Shown: positions 37,175-50,958, counted from the stretch's first letter. The stretch is 64,000 nucleotides of DNA from Octopus vulgaris (GCA_951406725.2 OX597828.1:66340001-66404000), one strand, 5' to 3'. The notes: generated by a model from the letters alone, not told the origin. Translations and numbers: made by a program.

Positions 37175-37845
37175 ATCATCAGAAGTTGCCTCAAAATGTC
37201 TCTGGGATACTTTCTGCCCCTGAAGCATGATATAGTTGCAAAGACTATTCACAACGCTATCTGTGTGGAAGGACTGCCCTGATGTATACATCAAAGGCAT
37301 GTCAGAACTAGCAGGTATTCACACCTTTAAAAACAAGGAATGCTGGTGGAACACCCAAATATAAACATCAATTCAGTGCCAACAAAACAGACCTGATATT
37401 GTTCTGTGGGACAAGGAACAAAAGTCATGCACTGATGGAAAAATTAATGCAGAACTTTCAGCTCTTGTACTTAAATTATGAATTTTCATTTGTACCTATC
37501 ATCATAGGTGAGTTAAGCTATGTAGCGTCAAATTTGTACAGAAACCTAGAAATACTCTGTTTCATGAAGAAAGAACATATGAAATTGATGTGAATTCTTC
37601 AAATCGATTATATTAGTGGCACAGTGAAGATCTGTAAGACATTCCAAAAGTGCTCCGAGATTCCTATGTGAATAGATGCATACAGCCGGGTGTATACATT
37701 GACAGTTCAACCAATACACCAAGTCAACCACATATTTAGATACACCAGGAACTCCCTTAACTCAAAAAGTCTTGTCACTTTGTTAGCAAACTTGTTGAAC
37801 TCTCTAGAAGAACTTAAATTAAACTCCAAGAAAAACAAACAACCA
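37175..37845 (+). mobile_element. R4/Dong-like (RLE) non-LTR retrotransposon 3' relic
   Basis: SC.KMS..YFLPLKHDIVAKTIHNAI..ECWWN..I.T....NRPDIVLWD..NFQLLY..Y.F.FVPIIIG...SGTVKICKTF fits the RHD / PD nuclease region. ACAT-type repeats on both sides. Confidence 0.72.
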
Positions 37846-37869
37846 TACAAACATACATAAATAAATAAA

Positions 37870-37893
37870 TCTCTCTATATATAAACAGCGAAA

Positions 37894-37930
<37 letters not shown>

Positions 37931-38255
37931 CCTTTATACAAAACCACAGTTTTTCAGTTAGAGGGCTCGCACTTTCTATGGTCATTCAAAACCGTCCAAG
38001 GGTGGTCATGCACATCTTTACATTTCCCCAGTCACCCCGCAAAGCCATTAAAAAATCAATAGAAGTTATTTTTTTGTGAATTTTCTATCCAAAACCCAAT
38101 CAAAATGCCCAAAACTTGATATGCCAATTGAATGCCAGCTAGCTGTATGTGATTGGTCAGAGATTTGGACAGTACTCGCATGTATGTGTGCACGCACACA
38201 GCTGTGTATGCATGCACTAGCACTATGACCTGGCGTTGCTGGGTCATAGTGCTAG
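37870..38255 (+). mobile_element. non-autonomous Helitron with palindromic 3' end
   Basis: Starts A|TCTCTCTATATATAAA, has an internal (TG)n, ends with a hairpin and CTAG|T. Confidence 0.85.
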
Positions 38256-38579
38256 TAAATAAATAAATCGATAAATAAAACTCAGGTAATATCATATCTG
38301 ATGATATAAGATACCAGATATAAACAATTAGTGCTTAGGTTGACTTGCTGCCTAAACATCAAACAGGAGCTGCAGCTAAAGAAGTAGGGATGCTATAGCT
38401 GCTTAATGAAGATTGGCTGTAGACAGTGTTTTAATCATGTAAGTATGTAAGTAATAGAATAAACATATAAAGAAACAAATAACTGATATCGAGTCAAATT
38501 ATGACATTTACATATCTAAAAATTGATGCAGCATGAGGGTAGAATTGAATGTTACAGGAGTTTAGATCACACCTCCACC

Positions 38580-38960
38580 GTCAACATTTAATGTCCGTTT
38601 TTCATACTGGCATGGATTGGAGAACTTGACAGGAACTGACAAGGCCAGGAGCTGCACCAGGTTCCATAGTGTGTTTTGGTAGGTTTCTACAGCTGGATGT
38701 CCCTTCCTAATGCCAACCATTTTACAGAGTGCATGGGGTGCTTTTTACATGTGGCACCAGCACCCTCACCAATTTATTTTACATGGCTCCTTGGTTTTAG
38801 ATTCTCGATTCTGTTGTGGTGGGCATGTTTTCTTGAGAACCGCAATGTGCCACATATCTCAGTCCTCTTTCATCTCCTTTAAAAGGCTCAGCATCGTGAG
38901 CTTCAATACTTTGTCCCATGTCTTTCTGGGTGTCCCTGATACGCAACTTCCTTTCACTTT
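38580..38960 (-). mobile_element. old RTE LINE 3' end (diverged family C with ORF end)
   Basis: tttctacagctggatgtcccttcctaatgccaacc plus a relic of the GRP.KTWD region. Confidence 0.7.
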
Positions 38961-39754
38961 AAGGTCAATAAAAGATTAGTTGAGGTATATTTATAATGGT
39001 TACTGTATATGCTGGTAATATTTAAATTTAATTTAATTTAATCATTGCATCATAATTATGTACCTATATATTTCATGTTGTTTATCTTAATGAAACAGTT
39101 GTCGAACACAAAGTATGAACTTTACATGAAGCTTATACTTTTCTGCTTTTATTGTAAATATGTTGCTCTTAAAGACTGTTTTAACGAATTATGTAGATAC
39201 ATGCAAGTTGCTCCAACTTGGATATTCTGCAATATAATATGTTGGAGTTTGACTACCTGTTATTAATTGAGCTCTTATTTGCCATAGATTTCTTTTGTTA
39301 TATTTACACTTCAATTGTCTACATGGGTAACAGGGCAAATATTAGGTTTCACAGACATTCAGTGTATCAGTAGTTTTAAGGAAGAGATAATATAAGTTAG
39401 TACAAGTGAATAACATTAAGGATCGTGGAATAAACATAAAGTAGATAAGGGTATCAAGTGGATGTCAGTATAAAGTAGAAGCAATGATAAAAGATAAATG
39501 AAAATAAAGAAATAAATAAAAACAAACAGATCTTTAAACATTTATACTTTATAACACACCCTCACCGTATGCAAAATAGGCCAGATGTAAACATACATAA
39601 ACAATAGATAAACTAACAGCAATAAATTTATAGAGAGAGACATACTTAAATAAACATATGCACTGCCGGGGTAGAGACTATCCCACACATGTACTGAAGT
39701 ACATTCATATCACCCTTATCACTAGATGCAACCCATACATTTATCTACATGGAT

Positions 39755-39793
<39 letters not shown>

Positions 39794-40400
39794 GATAGAC
39801 ACATGCACAAATGTACATGTATAGATAAATATAAATATAAGGGGTGTATGTGTATGTATATATATATATATGTCTATATATATATATGTGTGTGTGTGTG
39901 TATATGTATATATGTAAATATATATATATATGTATAATTATATATATATAGTCAGTAGTCAATGAAAATTCTCATATCTTCCATCTTTCATTTGTGTGTG
40001 TGTATGTGTGTGTGTGTGTATACATACATGTACATACATACATATATATATACATACATGTATATAAATATATATGTGTATATCTATGTACATACACATA
40101 TTTACACACACACACACATATCAGCTATTTGAGAACAAAACTTTTGAGAACCATAAGTGACACACACTTTAACAAAATATCTTCTCTTATTTTCATCATC
40201 ATCACGGAAGCATCAAATGTAATGCAAACAATGAAAGCCACGCCATTCTCATTGCCTTAGCATCCAACCACAATGGTTCTGAGACTGTAATAACATTAAA
40301 TGTTGCAAAGTCCTTCATATTTAAAACCAGAAAAGAGTTCCTGGCCTCTGGTGGGAATGTGTCTTCCACAGCCAAAAATAAAAACGTCCTTCACAGTCAA

Positions 40401-40745
40401 ACATCATCATCATCGTTTAACGTCCGCTTTCCATGCTAGCATGGGTTGGACGGTTCGACCGGGGTCTGGGAAGCCAGGAGGCTGCACCAGGCTCCAGTCT
40501 GATCTAGCAGTGTTTCTACAGCTGGATGCCCTTCCTAACGCCAACCACTGTAGTGGGTGGTTTTTACGTGCCACCAGCTCAGGTGCCAGGAGAAGCTGGT
40601 AACGGCCATGATTGGTTGGTGCTTTTTACGTGCCACCAATACAGAAGCCAGTGAAGGTGGCATTGGCTTCTGTGTCGGTGGCACGTAAAAAAACCACCAG
40701 CTGATCGTGACCATTGCCAGCCTCCCCTGGCACCTGTGCCGGTGG
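40401..40745 (-). mobile_element. RTE LINE 3' end (family C)
   Basis: (CAT)n, tail and internal hairpin units. Confidence 0.9.
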
Positions 40746-40747
40746 AA

Positions 40748-41120
40748 ACTGAGTTCATCCAAAAATTCTTGGGCATCCTCAACAAAACTTCTAGCAAGTC
40801 TGTGAGGGTCGCTGCCAACTATTCCCATGTGTCAGAGTTAACAATTAGAGGTGTGGTGCATGAAGACATCAGGTGCAAATCCTATTTTATTAGAAGAGAG
40901 CAGTTCATATCTGATAAACCCTGGGAGATATGTGTAATCTGGTTGGGTTGAAGCACTTACGAGAGAAACTCAAGCACCCTGAGGAGCCAGACATGCTCTG
41001 ATTCTGAGATGAACTTTCTCCACGATCAAAAAGTGAATAGGAGGAATGACAGATGGTTGTGTATCAGCCCCCACTGATGTTCCCACTGTTATGCACACCT
41101 AGTTCCTATCATCTGTAATC
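40748..41120 (+). mobile_element. maT/DD37D transposase N-terminal relic
   Basis: EFIQK..SKSVR.AA...VSELTIRGVVHEDIRCKSY.IRR.QFIS..KLKHPEEPDML..E.NF..DQKVNRRNDRWLC...VPTVMHT covers the HTH and first catalytic D region. Confidence 0.8.
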
Positions 41121-41659
41121 ATCTTCCCCCTCCCCCCACTCTTACAACATACCCAACCATAAGTCATCTTTCTCTTTCTCTCTTGCTCTCCCTCTCTCTT
41201 TCACTCATCCACTTTCATTCTTTTCGTAGCAGATTTTCATTCATCTTTATATTATGAGTTTAAATTCTACTGAAGTCGACCTTGCCTTTCATCCTTTCGG
41301 GGCAGAGGGTCAATGTAATCGTCTTACCTCCTCCCCCAAATTTCAGGCCTTGTGCCTATAGTAGAGAAGATTATCATTATTATTATTATTATTAGTAAAT
41401 TGTTTCACAGATATTTATGATTTGTGGCATTTCATCCATCTTTACACTCCAAGTTCAAATTCTGTTGCAGTCTACTTTGCCTTTCATCCTTTTGGATGGA
41501 AATGGAGATAAACACCATTCTTCCATGTGACTGACTTGAAAAATTATTAAGATGTTAAGACATTTTTCTTAACATGAAATGAATGGTGGCCTTAATACAC
41601 AAATAAAGAAATTTTATCCACCAATGTGGTGTTGAGCTCTCATTCTCATTGTTTGACAT

Positions 41660-41900
41660 TTATATATATATGTATATATGTATGTGTGTGTATATGCTTG
41701 TGTGTCTGTGTTTGTCCCCCCAACATTGCTTGACAACCAATGCTGGTGTGTTTACGCCTCTGTAACTTAGTGGTTCGGCAAAAGAGACCGATAGAATAAG
41801 TACTAGGCTTCCAAAGAATAAATCCTGGGGTCGATTTGCTTGACTAAGGTGGTGCTGCAGCATGGCCGCAGTCAAATGACTGAAATGAGTAAATGAGTAT
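41660..41900 (+). mobile_element. SINE family B tail half
   Basis: tttgtcccccaacattgcttgacaacc..ggtgctgcagcatggccgcagtcaaatgactgaaa. Confidence 0.85.
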
Positions 41901-42754
41901 ATATATATATATATGGATATTTATGTGTGTGTGTATGTGTGTGTTTGAATAATTTTGATTTACATTGATAAAACTTTATAATATGCATAAAGAATTTCTG
42001 ATGTTTGCAACCACATTAAGTCACCAAGCACTTTGTTATGAAAATTGCCTGATAATATGATAATATCTTGTATGCGAACACTTTGATAAATTGAAAAAAA
42101 TCTGCTGATGATAAAAACTCACAGTCAACTAAACAAATTTATCTTCAAGAGGATACATTACTAATATCTCTTGTTGTACTGTCAAAAAGCAATGATATTA
42201 GCACACATCTAAAGTGTACATTTTTTTTTCTCCTATTAGAAATAATGAGGTAATCAGACAATAAGAAAATAATCTTTATTGTCAGAAATATTGTATAAAA
42301 AACCTTTGAAGACTTTTACAGAGATCAGAGCTCATTTTTTAATATATGTACAAGAGTTCATCAAATGAGATTATTTAACAGCAAATCCTACATAACTCTT
42401 TTTGCTATTTTATTGTATCACAGGAGGGTCATTATGCTAATAATAAAAACTTGCACCAATTATATTTCACTTCTTTATCATTTGCTAGCTAGTTAACTAT
42501 TTAACTATTTAACAAATTGACTATTTGATTAATCATTTGGGCAATCAACCAGTTATAGTTGTTGAGGTCCTTTCATTGCTATTTATGAGTTCTTCAGAAG
42601 ATCGGAAGCTGATCTGGAGTTGAGAGGGTAAGTCATTGAAGAGGTTGTGAATGATGATGAAAGAACCCTGACAAGCATAGCCAACTAATTAACTGAATGA
42701 TTATGGAAACAATCAACTTGTTTATTGGTTAAATTGTTAACCCTTCATTCATTG

Positions 42755-43112
42755 CTTGCAAAGACCTGTTGAGGCAAGTGAAATCAAAATTGCTGACATG
42801 GCCGATGACAGTACCACCTGATTGGCACTCATACCAGTGGAACAGTAAAAGCACCATTCGAGCGTGATTGTTGCCAGTACTGCCTGACTGGCCCTTGTGC
42901 CAGTGGCACGTAAAAGCACTCACTACACTCTCGGAGTGGTTGGTGTTAGGAAGGGCATCTAGCTGTAGAAACTTTGCCAGATCAAGATTGGAGCCTGGTG
43001 CAGCCATCTGGTTTGCCAGTCCTCAGCCAAACTGTCCAAGCCATACCAGCATGGAAAGCGGACGTTAAAAGATGGTGATGATGATGATGATGATGATGAC
43101 GATGACGACGGC
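42755..43112 (+). mobile_element. RTE LINE 3' end (family C)
   Basis: aagacctgttgaggcaagtgaaatc.. through the (gat)n tail. Confidence 0.9.
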
Positions 43113-43359
43113 GATATTTGTCAGAGTAATCTGAATGCTAAAGGGTTAAATCCCCCTTCAAACAAGGTTGAAGAAATGGTCTTTAGCACCTGTAATGGTC
43201 CAGGTAGGGAGGCAATACATTCTGTGTAAGGTTTGATGTATTTGTCTGAGTAATCACAGCTAAGTACCCTGATGCTTCAAAAGTCATTCTACCTGAAAAG
43301 ACCATCTTCCCTCTCATATTTCCCCATCATTAATTAATATTAAATTGATTTATATTAAA

Positions 43360-43580
43360 CATTGGTTTCAAATTTTTGCACAGGGCCAGCAATTTTGGGC
43401 GATTAATTAATTTGACCCTAGTGTTTAACTTGGACTTATTGTATTGACCCTGAAAGGATGAAAGATAAAGACAGCCCCAGTGGCCTTTGAATCTGGCATT
43501 TGAATCCAGAACATAAAGACAGATGAAATGTCACTAAACATTTCGCCTGATGTACTAACGAGTCAGCCAATTTACCATGA
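43360..43580 (-). mobile_element. diverged SINE family A (A2)
   Basis: Core gaccctgaaaggatgaaag and A2 tail. Confidence 0.7.
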
Positions 43581-43969
43581 TTAATGTTAAATATTGATGC
43601 AATTCAGTCGCTGTTATTGTTTAAGCCAGATTTAGGTCAACCTCAATCCATTATCAAAAACATTCCAGCTGTGACCATCCTGCATTTTTGTATATCTGGG
43701 ACGACATCTTTTACTTCAAATGGTGATGATGTGATTTGTGATAGATTTTGACTGCTGTTTCTAACAGTTCAATCAACCATGTAGAAGTTCTTTTTACTAG
43801 CTCGGTTAATATTGCTGTTTATATATGGTGTTAGTGCTCAGTCACCTTAGAAGGCTGACCCCCCACTTCCTATATTGACTCACTGCTATCAATATTAGTA
43901 TTAAATTTCACTTATTGATGTTGCAGACAATAATAATAATAATAATAATAATAATGATGATGATGATGG

Positions 43970-44006
<37 letters not shown>

Positions 44007-45196
44007 AATAATCATCATTACCATCATCATCATCATCATCACCACTACCACCACCACCATCAAAAACAACAACAACAACAACAACAACAAGAAGTTGACA
44101 GTAAATGACATCCAAAATTATTTATCATTTATTTTGTATCACAATGTGAACAATGACATCCACTGTTACAGGTTTCCAGTAGGATAATTACTTGTTCCCT
44201 GCATTTCTGATGGAGGGGACGGACAAGGGATTATCAGTAACTTGATATACTGGAGAAAGATAAACACCAAACCACACCCTTACCCACACACACACATTCA
44301 CACACAATACACTTATACAAACTTTGATACATACACACTCTGGTGTTCATACACATAGGCATTATACGTACACCAATTGGAGGATTCTTGTTTCATTTCT
44401 CTTTAGCCTTTACAAAGATCATCTGCATTCAAGTCCCACATCTCACCACCATGCAGCATCACAGCTCTCACACAAGTGCTATACAATCTACCCTTCGCTC
44501 TGAGGCAAAAGGTTCCTGAACTTTTCCCAACCAAAATTTTCTGAACAACCACCTCCTCTGCTATTTATGTCACTAGGCTCCTGCCCTATTTCAGACACCC
44601 AAATTCTATAGGTACTGGTCAACCAAAGGCTGTAGTAGATACACTTGCTCAAGGTACTGGGCATAAGAGGAATCAGGTGTAGTGTGCAATAAAACAGGCT
44701 GCACTGGCATTAGCATGTGATGCACATGGAGGAAGAAAACTGCATAAAGAAGTGCTGAGAACCCCAAGTTCAGTGAACCCATGGGAGAGGGTGACTAAAG
44801 AGGACCCAGGCTGAAGTGACTGAATTGAACCAAGAACTATGTGGTTACAAAGCAAACTTCTTAATAATGCCCAAGCTGAATGGAATAAAGCAACAGAGAT
44901 AGCAATACTAATTAAATGATAGCAATTAAATGATATCAATAAATTTACAGTATTAAAGCAATAAGAATGTTTCATGTAAGTACAAAACTTCTGTGAGTTG
45001 ACCCCATTACAATTAACTACCAGAAGAATAAAAGATTATGTTGACCTCAACTACGTTTGAATTCACATCCTAGGCAAATGGTGGAAGGAAACTTAATATA
45101 AGAAGTCATTTATTTCAGTATTAATCATATCATTATTACATTATAATACAGCAATAACATAATTACATTGACAATTATAAACACATTATCACAAAC

Positions 45197-45402
45197 TGTT
45201 GTAATACTTAATATCGGACTGTCATAACGCTCACTCTAGTATAGCAGTATAGTTAGTAAGATAAGTAAGACCATGACTATCTATAACTGTCTACTTCATA
45301 CTCTTTCTTTATACTGACTGATGTCACCTTATTTATAGTGACTCGCACATACCACTCATCACGTGGGAGGGGTGTACTATTATTACTATTATCCCCACAA
45401 CA
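45197..45402 (-). mobile_element. 3' LTR of a Gypsy-type retrotransposon (206 bp)
   Basis: Termini TGTTGT...ACAACA. Polypurine tract aaaagggaaga directly upstream on the minus strand (45403-45413). TATAAATA near 45330-45337 on the minus strand. Confidence 0.8.
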
Positions 45403-46070
45403 TCTTCCCTTTTAAGTTTTTCTTTGTTTCTTAGGGAGTGTCATTTTACTTCTTTTGATAGCAATACTTTTTTATATCATCCCACCTCCCCTTTTTTTAT
45501 TCTTTTTTTCTTAGTTACACATTTAATATTTTTCCATTTGCCATCCACTTACGGGAACTCCATGCACTTTTTTTACTTGCGTTTGTGTGCCTGAGTTCAA
45601 TCACCTGTAGTGGCGTTGGTACTTGAAAAGTATTCTATAACCATTCCATTGGTTCTTCCATTCTCTTAGGTTCGCTCTCAACAAATCTTTTTTTCAGTTG
45701 GTTCATGTGTCTCTTGTATTTACCTTTTCTACTTTTTACCAAGTATAGCATTTTTTATGTGTTTGGTAATCACACCATCTTTCCAACTCTGTTTTCTGTT
45801 CTTATATGTCCTCAGAAAAATTTTTCACCAATTTTGAAAAATCTTGCTGTATTTTCCCGTGCAAATTTTATTTTCTTGTCTGGTAGCAATTTGTCAATAA
45901 TTGATTTTATTTTCCTTGCAAACATCAGCTCTGCTGGTGACATACCTGCTGGTGTATTTGGATTTGGTGTCAAATTGATTACTCTTAAGAATTGTTGTAG
46001 AGCTACCTCATCCATAACTTCCTTATTCAACTTTCTTAAGGCTTTCTCAAATGTATCAACAAAGCATATG
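45403..46070 (-). mobile_element. Gypsy integrase C-terminal relic
   Basis: FVDTFEKALRK...LQQFLRV..LTPNPNTPAGMSPAELMFARKIKS..D.L.P fits Ty3/Gypsy integrase (ERFV.T.K..L / YR.TP....SPAEL..GR). Confidence 0.85.
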
Positions 46071-47884
46071 TATACACCATTAATAGTTAAGATCACTGTT
46101 TAGTAGTGGGATAGCCTGGTGAAGTAAATACATTTGAGCCAGGTTGTTTTACAGCATTTTGTAAATGGTAGCAAAGCGAACAGTTTTGGGTAGGGTCAAC
46201 TAACTGCTTTAAATATATATTAACTTTGAAAAAAAAATGTCTCTGGCACTAAATGACCTACCATCCATAACACAGAGATGCCCAGTCCTATTAATATAAA
46301 CAGTAGGAGTGAGATGGTAAAGGCCATGACTTTGGTTTTAAAGGACATAAGTTCAATAGGCTACAATGATACAAATTATGCTCAAATCATGTTAACTATG
46401 AGAAAGTGAAAATTAAGCATTGCTAAAGAAACATGAGGATGAATATTAATCTAAAAGATTCAACTCAAGTTTCATAATCTGTCCATACATAATCCAGGGC
46501 TCCAGTTAATAATCACTCTATAGAAACTGCTTTATCTTCTTTCATCTTCAGTTGATTGAAACTGAATCAGAATGATTCTATTACAAATTAGAAAATTACT
46601 TGAATGACAGTAAATATAAGAACGACATGTAGTCACAAACAGCTATTTCAGTTCCCCCTAAAATGACAACACTATGTATTTATTATATTTGTACAAAATC
46701 AGTTTACGTGTCACGTGTTTGTTGACAAATGAATTTTAATTGAAAGTGGTAAGTTTGTATCTTTTGCAATAGAAAAAAAAATTATCAATATCACACTCCA
46801 AACATAAACTATAAAAAGATTTAGACACAAATGAAAACTCAATCAAAATAGTCAAATAGTTGTGAAAGCATCCTGAAAAGGATATCTTACAGAAAAAATG
46901 GATTAATTGGAGAGCTCTAAGACAGGGGTGGGGGCTTAAAAGTTTAGTAAATATATCTCCGTCTCCACTCCCTGTCTAAAAATAGAAAATAACCTAGGTA
47001 CAGTATGAAGCGTTAAAATGACTTAGATTCAGTAAGTGTCCATAGAGAAGTCAAATTTCTTTGTTAAGGAATCTGAACAGAGTAAGGAAATATTCTAGGA
47101 TGAAACTGAACTGTTACAGAGACAGTTATGTCAAAATTGAGATACATTATACTAGAATTAAAAAACAAACTGAATTAAAATCCAACAACAACACCAGAGT
47201 CATTGACAGTCATTTTGTGAGAAAATATAAAGACTGTTTAACCTTTAGCACTCAGATAACTCTGTCAAATGTAATGCTTACTGATTACAGTGTTTTGAAT
47301 TAATCATGCATGATCTTGCTTCAAGCTTTTGATGGAATGACATGGCAGGATAGGTGTGACAAGCTGAATCTGGATAGTTTGAACAAAAAAACAAGGCAAA
47401 AAACACATACATATATCTTCCACTTTTTCCTGTCTTTCACTTTAAAATAAAAATAAATATAAAAATTTTACGGAAATTAATGTACTCCAGATGATGAAAC
47501 AACATTCTGTTAAAAATATTTTAAAATGATAAAAATATTGTGTATGTTAAAAGTTCCCTTTTTTTTTCTCTTAGAGAGTGTGAAAATTATGCGTGTGTAT
47601 ATGTCACAGATAGCAGACATGTGTTTGTGTTGATTGACATGCCATGACATTCATGTATGAGTATATGTGTGTTCACGTCACAGAAGCTATGTTTTTTTTT
47701 TATCAAGAAATAACAAACAAAAATTGTGTTTAATCATTTAATCATTTAAATAGAGGTCCAAATGTCACAAACATTTGTACTGCACTGCTGAAGGTAAGTA
47801 TGAAAATAAATATGTAAAAAAAAATTAAGATAAAACATACTATTTCTGAGATATTTCAGTTATACACAAGAGTTTTAGTAGTAT

Positions 47885-47914
<30 letters not shown>

Positions 47915-47923
<9 letters not shown>

Positions 47924-48125
47924 CCAAACATGAACAAAGAGAAAACACAACAATGCGAGGACGTGGAACAAGTATAGTGTTATTGGATGCTCAGGAAAGG
48001 AAAGAAAGAAGGAGGATTTAACGTTCCGAGTGGAGCTCTTTGTCAGAAACATAGAAAAAGGAAAGGTCAAAGAAAGGGAAGATGGAGAAAGAAAATTGCC
48101 AACGATACACACGCGGTCACATATT
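47915..48125 (-). mobile_element. Penelope-like pseudo-LTR relic with degenerate hammerhead core
   Basis: Reverse complement gtttCTGACAAagagctccactcGGAAcgTTAaat (48016-48050) is a mutated CUGANGA..GAAA..UH core. Confidence 0.55.
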
Positions 48126-49427
48126 GAAATGACCGTAAGGGAATGGGTGAAGAAAAAGTTCTTTCAAAGACAAGAGAGTGCAAGAGAAGGAGGTATGTGT
48201 GTATATGTGCATGCGTATGTGTACGCATGTGTGTGGATATGTCTATATGTGTATGCATGTGTATGTGTGTGTGCGTGTATGCATATATTGTGTGTGTATG
48301 TATATGCATGTATGTGAATTTGTGTATGCATGTGTGCGTGGGTTGTGTGTGAGGTTTTGTGTGGCATTTGTGTAGGCGTATATGTGCATACCTGTGTGCA
48401 TGTGTGTGCGTGTGCTTATGTGCACATGTGCATGTGTGTATAATTGTGTGCGTGTCTGTATGTGTATTGTGTGCGTGTATGTAGGTGTGTATATGTGTGT
48501 GTGTGTTTGTCATGTGCGTATGTATGTGCACGTGTATATGTGCGTGTGTGTATGTATATATATATATATATATATATATGACAGGCTTCTTTCAGTTTCC
48601 GTCACCCATATCTGCTTATGAAATGCATCGTATTTTTCAAATCCAGCATGATTAGAGAAGTGGATTCTTGCATACAGACTGCATTAGCAAAGTCATTAGC
48701 AGTTGGATTACTAGCTCCAGCATTGTCATTATTAATTATATTCATATTAATGATGGTGGTGGTGGTGGTGGTGGTGGTGGCTTTATTGGTAGTATTGGCA
48801 AGTGTGTTGTTGCTGCTGTTAATCCTCTTTTAATTCTTTTTATTATCAATGTCTTTGCTGTTGTTATTGTAGTTATTGTTGTAGCTGTAGCTGCTCTTTT
48901 CTTTACTTTCGTATTCATCATTATTGTTGTTGTTACTGTTGCTGCTGTTTATTGGAGTGTTGGTGGTGGTGATGGTCACTGACTCTGTCAGCATTGGTAT
49001 TAGTAATGGTATTTTGGTTTAAGATGAAGATGGTAGTGTCAAAAGTGCTGTTCTGATCAGTATTTATCTCCCTCCAGCATCCTATTGAAGATCTGTTATA
49101 CACACATAACACATAGTTTTGGCTGTTGGCGCTTCAATGCCTGTGGAACTTGACTTGAAGAGGTAACGCCTTCTCCACCCTTGTAGCACTGCTAAAACAA
49201 AGTCTTTTGGAAGGTGTTCATTACACTGTTGTAAACAAAGTCCTTATGATTTTGGTCTTTGATCAGTAAGTGTTATTTCCCATTTGCTTCTATCTAAAAA
49301 TCAAAGGAAATGACTACTATTCCCTTCAAACTTTGCTTTTGTGACCTGGACATCAATGTTTTGAATCTGACCTATTTTCTATTACAGTTCAGACAGATTT
49401 AGAGCTGGGTTGCTGAAGCAGAAATAC

Positions 49428-49656
49428 CTATTTCTTTACTACCCACAAGGGGCTAAACACAGAGGGGACAAACAAGGACAGACAAACGGATTAAGTCGAT
49501 TATATCGACCCCAGTGCGTAACTGGTACTTATTTAATTGACCCCGAAAGGATGAAAGGCAAAGTCGACCTCAGTGGAATTTGAACTCAGAACGTAGCGGC
49601 AGACAAAATACCATAAAGCATTTCGCCTGGCGTGCTAATGTTTCTGCCAGCTCGCA
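49428..49656 (-). mobile_element. SINE family A (A1)
   Basis: Complete; the reverse-complement tail is followed by ggtatttc. Confidence 0.9.
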
Positions 49657-50958
49657 AACATTCTGCTCAATACCACAGATTTGCTTGTCTTTTGCTTGAC
49701 TATAACCACTTGAGCATGTGCCTTAGTAGCTGACAATATGTGCATCTCTTATGATGAACAGGAGTACTTGGGGAGCATCATAGCCATGTGCTGAGAAGGA
49801 TTCTTTGGAGTTTGAATACATGTAGCAAAAACAAAGTGTGAAGGACATATTAGCCATTTTCCATACTTTCTAGGGGTAAGCAAGTAGCAAATAACAGAAG
49901 CTACTCAAGGACGAAAGTCGTGTCACACAGTGTAATACCTGAATCTAAAATTCCTTCCAGAAGAGACTTCGCAGACTCTTGTGATTGATGCCCAGAATCG
50001 TTTCCAGCCAGTTGTCAGTCATATCCTCCAGAGGATACTAAGGTTGACTTTTCACAGACTATTTAACACACTCACTCTGTTCCAGCATGGAAGAAAATGG
50101 ACAGAAAAGCCAACGAGATGATTAAGATGATAATGAACGAAGCAGTGTTGCTGCTGCTGCTGCTGTTGTTGTTGTTGTTGTTCTTCTTCTTCTTCTTCTT
50201 CTTCTTCTTCTTCTTGGTGGTGTAGGAAGTTCATTGGTGGTATTGGTGTTAACAGTATTAGTGATGCTGGTAATGATAATGGTGTGGTTGTTGTTACTAC
50301 AACTGCTGCTGATGGTGGTGATGGTGATGGTGATGGTGATGATGATGAAGAATGTATATAAAATTATTCAATAGTATCAGATAATGTGTCAAAATTACTG
50401 TGTTGGAAAAGTTCAGGTTTTATTGCAATTCGTGCCTCCATAAATACTATGTTTAAACAGTTATGAAGGTACATCTGGTAAACATTTGAGATGGTATAAA
50501 ATGGCCTGGCAGAGAGTAGGAGAAACAATGGCAAGAGGGTGGTGAGAATGGCAACGGGCAGCATAACTAACTTAATTCCATCATGACTTATTCACGCAGA
50601 ATTATTGAATGTAATTAAAAAGGTGGAAATGCGGAGAGAGAGAAGAGAGGGGAGGAAAAGAGGGGCGAGAGAGAAGAGAGGGGCGAGAGAGAGGGTTGAA
50701 GATGGGGAAGAGTGAGAGAGGTAAAAGCTGACTGAAAGTGAAACAAAGAGAAGAATAGGATGAAAAGAAAAAGTAAACGAAGTCCTTTACAACAATGTGT
50801 GCTGATTGTATGTAAGCATCTGTCCCTTGAGTATGCGAGTAATTATTTATATGATGAATATGTATGTATTTGATTTTTTGTAAGCATGATGTATAGGGTT
50901 GTATGCAATATATATCTTTCTGAATACATACATACATACATACTTATACATATGTATA

